From assembly GCA_964460535.1 (NCBI GenBank), contig CAYWQI010000001.1, forward strand, positions 26,856-90,855: DNA of 64,000 bases, written 5' to 3'. This document shows, one piece after another, positions 29,744-40,084 of this stretch. A model generated the notes under the pieces. That model did not search any database and had not been told where the DNA came from. It saw only the letters and a list, made by a program, of their open reading frames with translations. The first letter of the stretch is position 1. The number at the start of each line of letters is the position of its first letter. The translations under genes were made by a program, and so were the position numbers. This DNA is from Candidatus Woesearchaeota archaeon (GTDB lineage: Archaea; Nanobdellota; Nanobdellia; Pacearchaeales; GW2011-AR1).

Positions 29744-29793
29744 ATAAAAATTAAATCTTAGGGCTTTAAAAGAATTTATATTCTAGAATATAA

Positions 29794-30714
29794 CTATTTT
29801 CTAAACAAAATATCCTCTATTTCATCATCTGTTAAGTCTTCTTTATTTTTCTTAATTTCCTCAGGCCTTTTCCAGATTCTTTCTCCAGACTTTTCTAAAC
29901 TTTTTTTAATTTCTGATTTTAATTTTTCTTTGTCTTCTTCTGAATAATTCTCTTTTACTCTATTTTTCATTGTTTCTTGAATTTTTTCTCTTAATTCATC
30001 CTCATTTATTTTTTCTTGTTCAGGAGTTTTATCTAAATTAAATTTTCTTTTAAATCTTTGAATTAATTCGCTTTTTTGAGAAGTTTTTTCTGGTTCTTGA
30101 ATTTTATTGTTTTCATGAACTTTTTTCACATCTCCAATAGTAAGATTGTTTTTATTTGAATTTTCCTCTTCTTTTTTTCTTAAGGAATTATTTTCAAAAT
30201 ACTGATTTTCTTGTTTTTTAAATAAAGAAATTCTAAGGAATTGTTCTAATTTTCTTAAAAATTCTTTTTCATTTGAAGGAAGATGCCCTCTTTCAGCTTT
30301 TTTAATAGTTTCAGGATTTTCATTTATTTTTCTTCCAAGTTCAATTAGAGTTAATTTATTTCTCCTTCTTGCATTCATAATTTTCCAATGAAAATTTTCA
30401 ATTAAATCTTCTCTCTTTTTTGGAAATTTAGAATAATCTTTTCCTATTTTATCCTCAATAATATCCCTGTAACTTCTTCCTTCTTTTGCAACACTTCCTT
30501 TAAAAAATCTTTTTCCACTTGCTCTTTGCATTTTTTCTTTAACAGTTTCTTGTTTTTTTGATTCTTCAATTTGATTAGAAGTAGGTTTTCTAATTATTGG
30601 AAGATTTTCATCACTTAAACATCTACTACACAGAGGTTTTATTCCTTCTGAAGTTATTGCATCATGCATATTAGCAAGTTCTTCAGAAATTCCACATTTA
30701 AAGCATTCTTTCAT
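29794..30714 (-). CDS. MBF1-like Zn-ribbon/HTH protein with charged extension
   Basis: CxxC...CxxC, then IMNARRRNKLTLIELGRKINE...ERG HTH and LTIGDV. Confidence 0.7.
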   Translation of the reverse strand: MKECFKCGISEELANMHDAITSEGIKPLCSRCLSDENLPIIRKPTSNQIEESKKQETVKEKMQRASGKRFFKGSVAKEGRSYRDIIEDKIGKDYSKFPKKREDLIENFHWKIMNARRRNKLTLIELGRKINENPETIKKAERGHLPSNEKEFLRKLEQFLRISLFKKQENQYFENNSLRKKEEENSNKNNLTIGDVKKVHENNKIQEPEKTSQKSELIQRFKRKFNLDKTPEQEKINEDELREKIQETMKNRVKENYSEEDKEKLKSEIKKSLEKSGERIWKRPEEIKKNKEDLTDDEIEDILFRK

Positions 30715-30775
30715 GCAATATCTAGTTATTCAGAGTTTTTTAATATTATTGTGGTAAAATATATAGAATTAATTG

Positions 30776-31159
30776 TCATTTAAATGTCCATAACAAAGAG
30801 CCAAGGAAACTTAAGGGAATTCCAGCAATAATTCCAGAGATAGCAGCAATATTCGCATAAAAAGTTCCATCCCCTAAAAGAGAATTAACTAATAAACTTA
30901 CACAGAAATTAACTAAAAAGACAAAAGAGTAAACAAGAAGATATCTTGGAATTTGATAATAAAATCTTTTATTTCTTGCATTAAATATAAAATTCCTATT
31001 TATTATAAAAACAAAACTTATAGAAAACAAAATTGCAAGTAATTTAGATATCTGAAAGATTATTCCAAATGAATAAAATATATTAAATATCAGTAGTTCT
31101 AGAAGTGCTCCAGTTCCACCAACCATACAAAACCCAATAAATTTTTTTAAGATATTCAT
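30776..31159 (-). CDS. GtrA family protein
   Basis: Four TMs, F..FCMVGG, FIINRNFIF, LWTFK. Confidence 0.8.
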   Translation of the reverse strand: MNILKKFIGFCMVGGTGALLELLIFNIFYSFGIIFQISKLLAILFSISFVFIINRNFIFNARNKRFYYQIPRYLLVYSFVFLVNFCVSLLVNSLLGDGTFYANIAAISGIIAGIPLSFLGSLLWTFK

Positions 31160-31228
31160 AAAGATGATAATAAAAAAAGATTAATAAAATTAACTAAAAC
31201 TTATAAATACAAATAAATTATAAGTTTT

Positions 31229-31920
31229 ATGAAGCTTTCAATAATTGTTCCAATTTATAATGAAGAAGATACTCTAAGAAAAATTTTCAATAAAATACAA
31301 GAAGCTAAATTACCTATAGAAAAAGAGATAATACTTGTAGATGATTTTTCAACAGATAAAACCAGGAAAATTTTAGAATTCATTAAGTTCCAAAACGTAA
31401 GAAGAGTTTATCATTCTGAAAATAAAGGAAAAGGAGAAAGCATAAGAACAGGAATAAGGAAATCAACAGGAGACATAATCTTAATTCAAGATGCAGATTT
31501 GGAATATTCTCCAAAAGATTATACAAGACTAATTTATCCAATTTTAAATAAAAAAACTAAAGTAGTCTATGGTTCTAGATTTTTAAAAAAATATTATCAT
31601 AGAAAAACACCTTTTTTTATGCAAATAAATGCCTTTCTCTTTTAACTTCTATTCTATATTTTAAAAGAATAACAGATATGGAAACATGTTACAAGGTCTT
31701 TGACAAGGAATTAAAATCACTTGTTCTCAAAACCAAATCAAAGGGCTTTGATATAGAACCAGAGATAACTGCAAAAATTTTAAGAAAAAAATATAAAATA
31801 AAGGAGATACCTATTTCTTATTTTCCAAGAAAAGCAAGTCAAGGAAAAAAAATAAGATTTTATGATGGGTTTAAGGCAGTCATAACTCTTTTAAGATTCA
31901 GATTTAAATCTCTGGATTAA
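31229..31920 (+). pseudogene. GT2 glycosyltransferase (polyprenol-phosphate mannosyltransferase-like), frameshifted at T7
   Basis: SIIVPIYNE, VDDFSTD, QDADLEY, YGSRF; T8 at 31612-31618 would join ...FYANKCLSLLTSILYFKRITDMETCYK. Confidence 0.8.
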
Positions 31921-33385
31921 GAAATCTACAGGTTTTGTAAGCAAGTTTTTTCAATTTCAAAAAATCAAATCTTTCAGAAATAAACTCACATTGATTTGAA
32001 ATACTCGGAGAACCATATCCTCTCCATCTTGGACAATTTTCTTTTGTTAAGTTTTCTGGAATTATTATTGTATATTCTTCTTCTGAAATAATCCTTGAAT
32101 AATTATCGATATTTCTTTGATTGTATTTATCATCAATAGTTTTAAAACTAGTAAATATGGCAACAATTTTATTTTGGGAAATTGCCTTTTCAATATCATA
32201 GGGTAGAAAAAAAGCAGTTTCAACATAATAATTTATTAAAACCCAATGAGGACTAAGAACAATACACCCATCTAAATCTAAATTTTCTATTTCTTGTGAA
32301 ACAGTTTTAAAGGCCTCTGAAGTTTTATTTTGGTAGGCATTTATTGTAAGGAAAATTATAAATAAAGAAAATAAAACAAGAATTAATAAGAATACTATCT
32401 TTCTACAGATTTTTTTGCATTTTATTTTATTCCATATTAAGATGAATCCAAGTGATGAAAAAAATGCCACAGGCAAGGTTATATTGAACAAATATCTAAA
32501 TATCTTAAAGGGGGTTTGATACCAATCTAAGAGAATCATTAGGAAAATAAGTATAAAAACCAGAGGAATTTTGATAGATTTAGTTTTTTCTTTTTTACAC
32601 AGATAAATAAAATATCCCAAACCAATAATAAAAAAAGGAATTAACCAATTTATAGATATCAACATACCTGAAATATCAAATGCTTGAAACAAATTCTGTC
32701 TTGAAACAACATTTAAATTATATGAATCAACTATGCTTGCAAAACCATTTCCATATTTAAAAAAATAAAATAAATAAAATGGAAAAAGAGTAATTAAAAA
32801 AATGGAAATATCAATAAAAATTTTTTTCCAACTCTTGTTAAAAAATAAAAAAATAAAAAACATTAAAAAATTATATCTTGTTAAAAATGCAAGACCTAAA
32901 AAATGTCCAGAGTATTTGTTTTGCAAAAAAAAGCATAAAAAAAGCATAAAAAAACTTAATCCTAAAAGTTCAGTTCCAAGAAGAGTAGCATATTGCAATA
33001 CAAAAGGAGATAAAAGAAAAAAGTAAAAAATTAATCTAAATAATTCTTTATCTATTTTAAATCTGTAAAAATATTTTAAATAAAGAGTATCTGAAAGTTT
33101 TATAGAAGAAAAAAAGAAGAGGCTTGTCACAAGAACAATAAAAGTGTATTCCATTAATTTTCCAAGAGGTAGTAATAAGAATAAAATAAAACTTACAAGA
33201 GGAGCACGATAGATTTCAAAGGCACCATTTTGAGAAAATAAGTTTTGTGCATTTAAGACATAGGCCATAAAATCCCAATTTAGATTAAGAGAGTGCTGAA
33301 TAAGAAAAAAGATTAAAGAAATAAGAAACAAATAAATCAATAATTTATTTTTAGAAATAAAATTCTTAATACCCTCTAATTTCAT
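31904..33385 (-). CDS. GT-C fold membrane glycosyltransferase
   Basis: WDFMAYVLNA, YRAPL, LAFLTRY, RYL; many TMs. Confidence 0.7.
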   Translation of the reverse strand: MKLEGIKNFISKNKLLIYLFLISLIFFLIQHSLNLNWDFMAYVLNAQNLFSQNGAFEIYRAPLVSFILFLLLPLGKLMEYTFIVLVTSLFFFSSIKLSDTLYLKYFYRFKIDKELFRLIFYFFLLSPFVLQYATLLGTELLGLSFFMLFLCFFLQNKYSGHFLGLAFLTRYNFLMFFIFLFFNKSWKKIFIDISIFLITLFPFYLFYFFKYGNGFASIVDSYNLNVVSRQNLFQAFDISGMLISINWLIPFFIIGLGYFIYLCKKEKTKSIKIPLVFILIFLMILLDWYQTPFKIFRYLFNITLPVAFFSSLGFILIWNKIKCKKICRKIVFLLILVLFSLFIIFLTINAYQNKTSEAFKTVSQEIENLDLDGCIVLSPHWVLINYYVETAFFLPYDIEKAISQNKIVAIFTSFKTIDDKYNQRNIDNYSRIISEEEYTIIIPENLTKENCPRWRGYGSPSISNQCEFISERFDFLKLKKLAYKTCRFLNPEI

Positions 33386-33386
33386 T

Positions 33387-34040
33387 TTAATTTTTGATAT
33401 GTTCTTTTATATCATTTACATTTTTAAATTTATTAATGATTGCTTTTTCATTTATTACAAGCATGTTTGGTTGATTAATATTATATTTTTGTTTTAAAAT
33501 ATCTATAACATTTGAATCTAGATTATAATCAAAAGAGTAAACCATTACTTCTTCTTGATTCTTTAGGGAACTAAGCATTATACCTATTTCTTCTGCCCTT
33601 TCCTTTAAATTTTTCTCATTTGAATAAAAGAAAAGAATTGTGGGTATTTCATTTGGACAATTTTCATTATTTTCTTTAATGTACAAAAAATGCCTGGTTT
33701 CTAAAAGAGAGTATATCTTCTTTTGTTGTAAGATATCTGGATTATTTTCTCCAAGTCTTTGTTCAAGTATACCAATAATTCTTCCAAGATTATCCATTTT
33801 TTCACTAAATAAATAAGGATTAAAGTTTTCACAATCATCTCCTAATAGATTTTTCTGAATTTCAAAACTTAGTAATTCATATCTTAAATCTTCCTGTGAT
33901 TGAATTAATTTTTGAGAGTTGTAATAAGAGAGAATATAACCTAAAAAAAAGATTCCTATAAAGATAATAGTTCCCAATATAACTGCTATAATGAAATTCC
34001 TTAAATAACGAGTATTTTTTTCCATTTTTATTTTAATCAA
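33387..34040 (-). CDS. membrane-anchored thioredoxin-like hypothetical protein
   Basis: N-terminal TM, ILFFYS, YSFDYNL, YNINQPNMLVIN. Confidence 0.6.
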   Translation of the reverse strand: MIKIKMEKNTRYLRNFIIAVILGTIIFIGIFFLGYILSYYNSQKLIQSQEDLRYELLSFEIQKNLLGDDCENFNPYLFSEKMDNLGRIIGILEQRLGENNPDILQQKKIYSLLETRHFLYIKENNENCPNEIPTILFFYSNEKNLKERAEEIGIMLSSLKNQEEVMVYSFDYNLDSNVIDILKQKYNINQPNMLVINEKAIINKFKNVNDIKEHIKN

Positions 34041-34060
34041 TCACTCTTTTTATATTTTTC

Positions 34061-35308
34061 CTATCTCCAAGATACTTTTTTAGTTAAAAAATGATATATA
34101 AAAGAAATTACCCACCAAAATGCAAACAAAAAAGAGTATAAGGCTAAAAAAAGTGGAAGACTAAGTCTTATGTTACTATGCTCTTTGACCTTCCTTTTTG
34201 CAAAAATCATATAACCCCAAGTCATTAATATAAATAATATAAAAAAAAGCATAATTGGATCTGTAAAAAAATTAATAATAAAAGATTCTATAGCATATTT
34301 ACTAAACTCAATAGTGCTGAATATATTAAAATTAACACTCTGTAGAAAATTAAATTGTTTTTTTGTATCAATTATTGAGCGAATTGCAATAATCAGGGTT
34401 AATATAACTGTAACCATTATTGCAAAGATTGCCGAAGGAAGCACTACTAACCCTAACGATTTATGTTCTTTTGTAAATAATCTTTTATATTTTAAAAAAT
34501 TTCTAATTAGTCCAATATACCACCTTTTTCTTTGAATCAAAAGTTGTTTAAACTTTCTTGGAGGTTTTGTATAAACAATTGATTCAAGACTATTTTCAAC
34601 AATCAAATGATGGGCATGTATCCTTAGTGCCATTTCCATGTCTTCAGTTAAATTATCTGTATCAAATCCTCCATGCTCTTCAAAAAAAGATTTTCTATAT
34701 GCAGAAAAAGCTCCAGGAGTTATATGGACTGCATTAACACTTGCAAAAGCCTCTCTTAAATATACTCCAAGAAGGTATTCTATTTGTTGAATTCTTTCTA
34801 AAATATTCTTTGGATTATAGATTGCAACAATCGGAGATACACACATTACATCCGGATTTCTAAAATAAACTACCTGGTTTTTTAATGCATTGGGTTTAAC
34901 TATTGAATCTGCATCCATTGTAACAACAATTTCTCCCTGAGATTTTGAAATTCCATAATTCAATGCACTTCCTTTTCCACCATTTTTTTTAGAAAAGACT
35001 TTTACTTTTTCACTAGAATATTTTTTTGCTATTTCCAGAGTTTTATCCTTACTTCCATCATCTACAACAATTATCTCTAATTTATCTTCTGGATAATCAA
35101 TTCCTAAAGCAGATTCAATTGTTCTTGCAATACCCTTTTGTTCATTATATGCAGGAATAATAATTGATACAAAAGGAGATTCTTTTTCTCTAAAAACAAG
35201 GTCTGTTTTTTTCTTTATATTTTTTCTTCCAAAAATATTAAGAGTGTAAAATATAAAAATAATAATTCCAATATAAGAAGAGAGATAGATTAAAAAATTG
35301 CTAATCAT
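34061..35308 (-). CDS. processive GT2 glycosyltransferase (IcaA/cellulose-synthase-like)
   Basis: PAYNE, DDGSKD, DADS, TED, QRKRW. Confidence 0.9.
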   Translation of the reverse strand: MISNFLIYLSSYIGIIIFIFYTLNIFGRKNIKKKTDLVFREKESPFVSIIIPAYNEQKGIARTIESALGIDYPEDKLEIIVVDDGSKDKTLEIAKKYSSEKVKVFSKKNGGKGSALNYGISKSQGEIVVTMDADSIVKPNALKNQVVYFRNPDVMCVSPIVAIYNPKNILERIQQIEYLLGVYLREAFASVNAVHITPGAFSAYRKSFFEEHGGFDTDNLTEDMEMALRIHAHHLIVENSLESIVYTKPPRKFKQLLIQRKRWYIGLIRNFLKYKRLFTKEHKSLGLVVLPSAIFAIMVTVILTLIIAIRSIIDTKKQFNFLQSVNFNIFSTIEFSKYAIESFIINFFTDPIMLFFILFILMTWGYMIFAKRKVKEHSNIRLSLPLFLALYSFLFAFWWVISFIYHFLTKKVSWR

Positions 35309-35316
35309 TTTAATTT

Positions 35317-36090
35317 CTATAAATTGGTTTCAGTACCTTTTTTTTCATTTTTTATTTCTTTCTTTTCAACTTCTTCCTTCTTCCCACTATTTTTATCTTC
35401 CAAGTTTTCTTTTTTATTTCTTATTATTGTTCCTTCATTTTCAGCTTCTTCCTTTTCTCCACTTTTTTCATCTTTTATTTCTCTTTTATTTTCAGTTTCT
35501 TTTCCTATGTTTTCTTTTGTTTCTATATTTTCTTTTTCTTCCCAAGTTTCTTGTTCTTTCTTTTTGTCTTTTTCTTGAACAGAAAAATAATCATAAAAAT
35601 CTTCACTTAAACTTAATTCATTTGTATGTCCTGATTTCTTTTTATTTATTAATCCAAGGTCATAGAATTTTTTAATATGGTCATAAGATTTATTTCCACG
35701 AATTTTTACAATAACAGATTGTTTTATAGGCTGTTTATAAGCAATTATTGCAAGTGTTTCTTGTTCTGCTTTTGTAAATTCAGCACTTCCTGTAGCAAGT
35801 TTATTAACAATATCAGAATATTCTTGTGAAACATCCATTTTCCATAATCCATTTTTTTCAACAATCTCTATTGCACTATTATTATTTTCATATTTCTCTT
35901 TTAGTTTTGCAATTAATTCTCTAATAATAATAGGATTTAAATCACTTAAACTAACAAGTTCAGACATATTAAGGAATTTTCCAGATATAAAAAAAACTGC
36001 TTCAAGTCTTTTCAAGTCCTCAATTTCTTTAGCTTCATCTATTTCATCTATTGTTTTTGAAGAAACTCTAGTGTTTGGTCCTTTTTCCAT
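35317..36090 (-). CDS. scpB: SMC-Scp complex subunit ScpB
   Basis: LEAVFF, ETLAIIAYKQPI...IRG, FYDYF. Confidence 0.9.
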   Translation of the reverse strand: MEKGPNTRVSSKTIDEIDEAKEIEDLKRLEAVFFISGKFLNMSELVSLSDLNPIIIRELIAKLKEKYENNNSAIEIVEKNGLWKMDVSQEYSDIVNKLATGSAEFTKAEQETLAIIAYKQPIKQSVIVKIRGNKSYDHIKKFYDLGLINKKKSGHTNELSLSEDFYDYFSVQEKDKKKEQETWEEKENIETKENIGKETENKREIKDEKSGEKEEAENEGTIIRNKKENLEDKNSGKKEEVEKKEIKNEKKGTETNL

Positions 36091-36177
36091 GATTTATTAA
36101 GAATCTTAGGATTTATAAAAGTTTTATTATTGTATTCACATCAAAAAGTTAATAAACTCTTTCCTAATTCTTCTACC

Positions 36178-36405
36178 ATGAAAAAATTAAAAATTTTATG
36201 CCTTTTCCAAAAGGAAGAGTTTTTTGTAAAATGAAAAAATTAAAAATTTTATGCCTTTTCCAAATTAAAAACAACAGGAAAAATTTGTAAAATGAAAAAA
36301 TTAAAAATTTTATGCCTTTTCCAAAAGGAAGAGTTTTTTGTAAAATGAAAAAATTAAAAATTTTATGCCTTTTCCAAATTAAACACAACAGGAAAAATTT
36401 GTAAA
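36178..36405 (+). repeat. ABAB tandem array (53+61+53+61 bp)
   Basis: Four units start ATGAAAAAATTAAAAATTTTATGCCTTTTCCAAA at 36178, 36231, 36292 and 36345. Confidence 0.95.
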
Positions 36406-36681
36406 ATGAAAAAATCAGTAAGACTATACATTTCAGGAGCAGTTCAAGGAGTATTTTTTAGAGCATTTATAAGAGAAAATGCAGAGAAATTAGATGTTAA
36501 AGGCTTTACCAGAAACCTTGAAGATGGACGCGTAGAGGTTTTTTTAGAAGGAGATTCTTCAAAGGTAAATCAAATGATAGATATCTGTAAGCAAGGACCT
36601 AAACATTCAATTGTAAAAAAAGTAGATCTTAAACCAGAAAAATTTCAGTCTATTAAAGGATTTAAAATTTTACACATATAA
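36406..36681 (+). CDS. acyP: acylphosphatase
   Basis: GAVQGVFFR, GFTRNLEDGRVEV. Confidence 0.93.
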   Translation: MKKSVRLYISGAVQGVFFRAFIRENAEKLDVKGFTRNLEDGRVEVFLEGDSSKVNQMIDICKQGPKHSIVKKVDLKPEKFQSIKGFKILHI

Positions 36682-36714
36682 TTAATTTATTAAACAATAT
36701 TAAAAGAGGAATAA

Positions 36715-37161
36715 ATGATATATACAAATAGTGATGGAGGAGCAAGAGGCAATCCAGGCCCAGGAGCAATTGGAGTAATAATCAGGGATAATAAAACCAT
36801 TTTAACAAGATATAGCCAGATGATTGGACAAAGAGTAACTAATAATGTTGCAGAATACGAAGCCTTGATAAAAGCACTTGAATTAGCTAAAAATATAACT
36901 TCTGATGAATTAACTTGTATTCTGGATTCAGAACTTGTTGTTAAGCAACTACTTGGAGAATATAAAGTAAAACATCCAAATCTTTTAGAACTTTTTTTAA
37001 AAGTACAAAAATTACAAGAAAATTTTAAAAAAATAACTTATAAACATGCAAGAAGAGAAGAAGAATTTCAACAAAGAGCTGATGAACTTGTTAATCAAGA
37101 ACTTGAAAAATACGGATATCCCAAAAGTGAATACTTTAGAAAAAAGAGATTCAATAAATAA
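36715..37161 (+). CDS. rnhA: ribonuclease HI
   Basis: DGGARGNPGPGAIG, TNNVAEYEA, DSELVVKQ, ADELVN. Confidence 0.92.
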   Translation: MIYTNSDGGARGNPGPGAIGVIIRDNKTILTRYSQMIGQRVTNNVAEYEALIKALELAKNITSDELTCILDSELVVKQLLGEYKVKHPNLLELFLKVQKLQENFKKITYKHARREEEFQQRADELVNQELEKYGYPKSEYFRKKRFNK

Positions 37162-37166
37162 AATTT

Positions 37167-37778
37167 TTATTTATGTTTTTTATTTAAAATTTTCTTTAGT
37201 TTTTGAATATGCTTTTTAAGAAATAATCTTATTAAATAAATTAAAATAAAAACAAGGATTAATAATAAAAGAGTTAAATTCAGGTTTTGATATGCTTTTG
37301 TGAATATTGCTAAACCTCTTCCAATTCCCCATCCAAATACAACAAAAAGAAACATAAGAAGAAGATTAACTAAAACATTGCTAATAAAGAATTTTCTTAT
37401 ATCTCTTGAAGTTCTTCCAAGATGCATCATTGTTGGAATAGCTAATCCATAAAACAATTTAGCTAAAAGCATTGAATTAAAGAAATTTTTTGAAGTAATT
37501 TTCTCTAACATGTTTTGAGATTTTATGTATGTTTTACCTATATAAGGAATATTTTTTAAAAATTTCAAAGGTTCTTTTCTTCCAAGATAAAACCAGGTAT
37601 TATCAGCAATTATAAAACCACAAAATCCAAATATAAAAACAAGAGATAATTTAAAAAAACTATCTGAAGCAATCATTGAAAAAATTATAATTGCCTCTCC
37701 TCCAGCAAGAAAACCTCCTAAAAAAGAGATTATTATAATATATTCTACAAAAAACACACTAAGAGTTTCTAATAGCAT
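37167..37778 (-). CDS. DedA-family membrane protein
   Basis: ADNTWFYLGR, AKLFYG; hydrophobic. Confidence 0.7.
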   Translation of the reverse strand: MLLETLSVFFVEYIIIISFLGGFLAGGEAIIIFSMIASDSFFKLSLVFIFGFCGFIIADNTWFYLGRKEPLKFLKNIPYIGKTYIKSQNMLEKITSKNFFNSMLLAKLFYGLAIPTMMHLGRTSRDIRKFFISNVLVNLLLMFLFVVFGWGIGRGLAIFTKAYQNLNLTLLLLILVFILIYLIRLFLKKHIQKLKKILNKKHK

Positions 37779-37822
37779 TCTTTATTTATTATTCCAGAGT
37801 TTATAAGTATTAGTATTTTTAG

Positions 37823-38053
37823 TATCTGGCAATATTAAATACAAAAATAAAACTAAATATCTTCCATGAAAAAAATTAATTCTAAAAATTTTCAGAGCTT
37901 AAATATAGCAAGGTATAGAAATATCCTCTAATAAGGGATTTAAAGGCACAATTATACAAAAGAACTTCAGAAGATATTAATTAAAATTTCTTATTATTTA
38001 CTACTTCTGTGAAACAGGAAATTATTGAACAAAACTCCAAGTGTTACCAGATA
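37823..38053 (-). repeat. dispersed 231-bp repeat with TIRs
   Basis: Ends TATCTGGCAATA / GTGTTACCAGATA; near-identical inverse of 13308-13538. Confidence 0.88.
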
Positions 38054-38109
38054 CTATTTTTATAATCTCTTTCATAAAATTTTATAAACTCTCTTTTTCT
38101 CAATACAAT

Positions 38110-39621
38110 ATGTCACAAAAAGAAAATTCTCCTACAGGCAGAGAATTACAAATAATCAATGAAAGAAAAAAGAAAATAAAAGAACTTAAAGATAATAAAA
38201 TAAATCCTTACAAACACAAGTTTGATAAAAAAAATTCTATCTCTGATTGTTTGAATAGTAAACTCAATACAAAAGTTCAAACAGCTGGAAGAATTATAAC
38301 AAAAAGAGATTTAGGAAAAATTTCATTCTATAAATTACAAGACCAGGTAGGAGAAATACAACTCGTGCTTCAAAAAGACAAAACTTCAGAAGAAATAATG
38401 AAATTTGCAAAAAGATATGCTGATTCAGGAGATTTTATTGGAGTATCTGGAAATATCTTTAAGACAAAAACAGGAGAAAAATCAATTCTTGTTGATAAAA
38501 TTGAAATATTAACAAAAGCAGTTTTACCACTTCCAGAGAAATATCACGGATTACAAGATGAAGAAGAAAGATTAAGAAAGAGATATCTAGATATGCTTAT
38601 TAATCCACAAGTAAGAGAAACTTTTGAAATAAGATCCAAATTAATGAAATCTATGAGGGAATTTATGGAAAAAAATAATTTTATAGAAATTGAAACACCT
38701 CTTTTACAAGGAGTTTACGGAGGTGCAGCAGCAGAACCTTTTAAAACTTATTGCAATGCCTTTAATTCTGAACTTTATTTAAGTATTGCTCCAGAGCTTT
38801 ATTTAAAAAAAGCTTTAGTTGGGGGGTTTGATAGGGTTTATGAAGTAACAAAAAAATTCAGAAATGAAGGAGTAGATAGACAACATAATCCAGAACATAT
38901 GACAATTGAATGGTATCAAGGATATGCTGATTATAAAGATGGTATGAATTTAGTTAAAGATTTTATTTGTTATATCTCAAAACAAGTTTTTGGTAAAACT
39001 ATTATAGAATATCAAGGTAATAAAATAGATTTATCAAAATGGCAGACTCTAAGTCTAGAAGATGCAATAAAAAAATATCTTAATGAAGATATATCAAAAA
39101 TAAAAACAAACAAGGAAGCAAGAGAAATAGCAAAGAAACACAATATTGATGAAAAAGGAATAACAAAAACAAATATTGCAGATGAATTAATGAAACTTTT
39201 TAGAGAAAAATTAATACAACCCACTTTTTTGATTGATTATCCAATAGGCTTGGCACCACTTGCAAAAGCAAAACCAGAAGACCAAACAAAAGCAGAAATT
39301 TTTCAACCTTTTATAGGAGGTATGGAATTAGCTAGAGCATATTCAGAATTAAGTGACCCTCAAATCCAGGAAGAGCATTTTAAAGAACAAGAAAAAGAAA
39401 GAGAAGAAGGAAACAAAGAAGCAATGCCAACTGATTCAGATTTTGTTACTGCCCTTGAACATGGTTTACCTCCTGCTTGTGGAGTTGGATTTGGAATTGA
39501 GAGATTAATCATGCTTTTTACAAACAAAACATCAATTAGAGAAGCAATATCCTTTCCTTTTGTGAAACCTGAAACTCAAGAAGAGAATAAGAAAGATAAA
39601 AATAAAATAAATAAAAAATAA
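38110..39621 (+). CDS. lysS: lysyl-tRNA synthetase, class II
   Basis: YHGLQDEEERLRKRYLD, GGAAAEPF, FRNEG..HNPE, GLPPACGVGFGIERL; likely ATG at 38110. Confidence 0.95.
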   Translation: MSQKENSPTGRELQIINERKKKIKELKDNKINPYKHKFDKKNSISDCLNSKLNTKVQTAGRIITKRDLGKISFYKLQDQVGEIQLVLQKDKTSEEIMKFAKRYADSGDFIGVSGNIFKTKTGEKSILVDKIEILTKAVLPLPEKYHGLQDEEERLRKRYLDMLINPQVRETFEIRSKLMKSMREFMEKNNFIEIETPLLQGVYGGAAAEPFKTYCNAFNSELYLSIAPELYLKKALVGGFDRVYEVTKKFRNEGVDRQHNPEHMTIEWYQGYADYKDGMNLVKDFICYISKQVFGKTIIEYQGNKIDLSKWQTLSLEDAIKKYLNEDISKIKTNKEAREIAKKHNIDEKGITKTNIADELMKLFREKLIQPTFLIDYPIGLAPLAKAKPEDQTKAEIFQPFIGGMELARAYSELSDPQIQEEHFKEQEKEREEGNKEAMPTDSDFVTALEHGLPPACGVGFGIERLIMLFTNKTSIREAISFPFVKPETQEENKKDKNKINKK

Positions 39622-39774
39622 TTAAAATGAACAGAACTTTTAGATTTATTAGAAGATAAAACAGATTTCACTCTTCTTTGCGAATATCATTGGCCTGCTC
39701 CAGGACTTACAGGCAGAGTAACTTACAACCATAATGAAGAGGAATTAAATTTAATAAAGACTCATAAATAAAAA

Positions 39775-39960
39775 ATGCCACTAATAATAAAATCCCGAAT
39801 AAAAGAAACAATAAAAGAATTAGATAAAGAAAACAACATAGGAAGTGTTGCTGAAGAAGTTGGAAGAGCATTAGAAAGAAAAACTCAAGAAATTCTTGAA
39901 GAAGCAATAAAGAGAGCTAAGGCAAATAATCGAAGAACTCTTTTAGGAAGAGACCTTTAA
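39775..39960 (+). CDS. small histone-fold protein (DUF1931-like)
   Basis: 61 aa; LIIKSRIKE...AIKRAKANNRRTLLGRDL (histone R-T-x-x-x-x-D signature). Confidence 0.8.
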   Translation: MPLIIKSRIKETIKELDKENNIGSVAEEVGRALERKTQEILEEAIKRAKANNRRTLLGRDL

Positions 39961-40055
39961 AAGTGTAAATAATATTTAGGATAACAGCTTTTGAAGTCTA
40001 GGGTAGAGAGATTTGTAGATTGTTACTTTTAATAAATGATGACCCTTCCAAAAGA

Positions 40056-40063
40056 TTTATAAA
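40056..40063 (+). promoter_or_regulatory. archaeal TATA box (with A-rich BRE) of the DGR target gene
   Basis: AAAAGA-TTTATAAA about 22 nt before ATG 40085, consistent with a leaderless transcript. Confidence 0.6.
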
Positions 40064-40084
40064 CTTAAAATTTCTAAAATAAAC

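Noticed and set aside
36178..36405. CRISPR array
   Set aside because: The 'spacers' are only 14-22 nt and are themselves duplicated (ABAB); no cas genes in the window
38041..38109. GTG start and extension of lysS
   Set aside because: The GTG lies in the terminal inverted repeat of the dispersed element; ATG 38110 is more plausible
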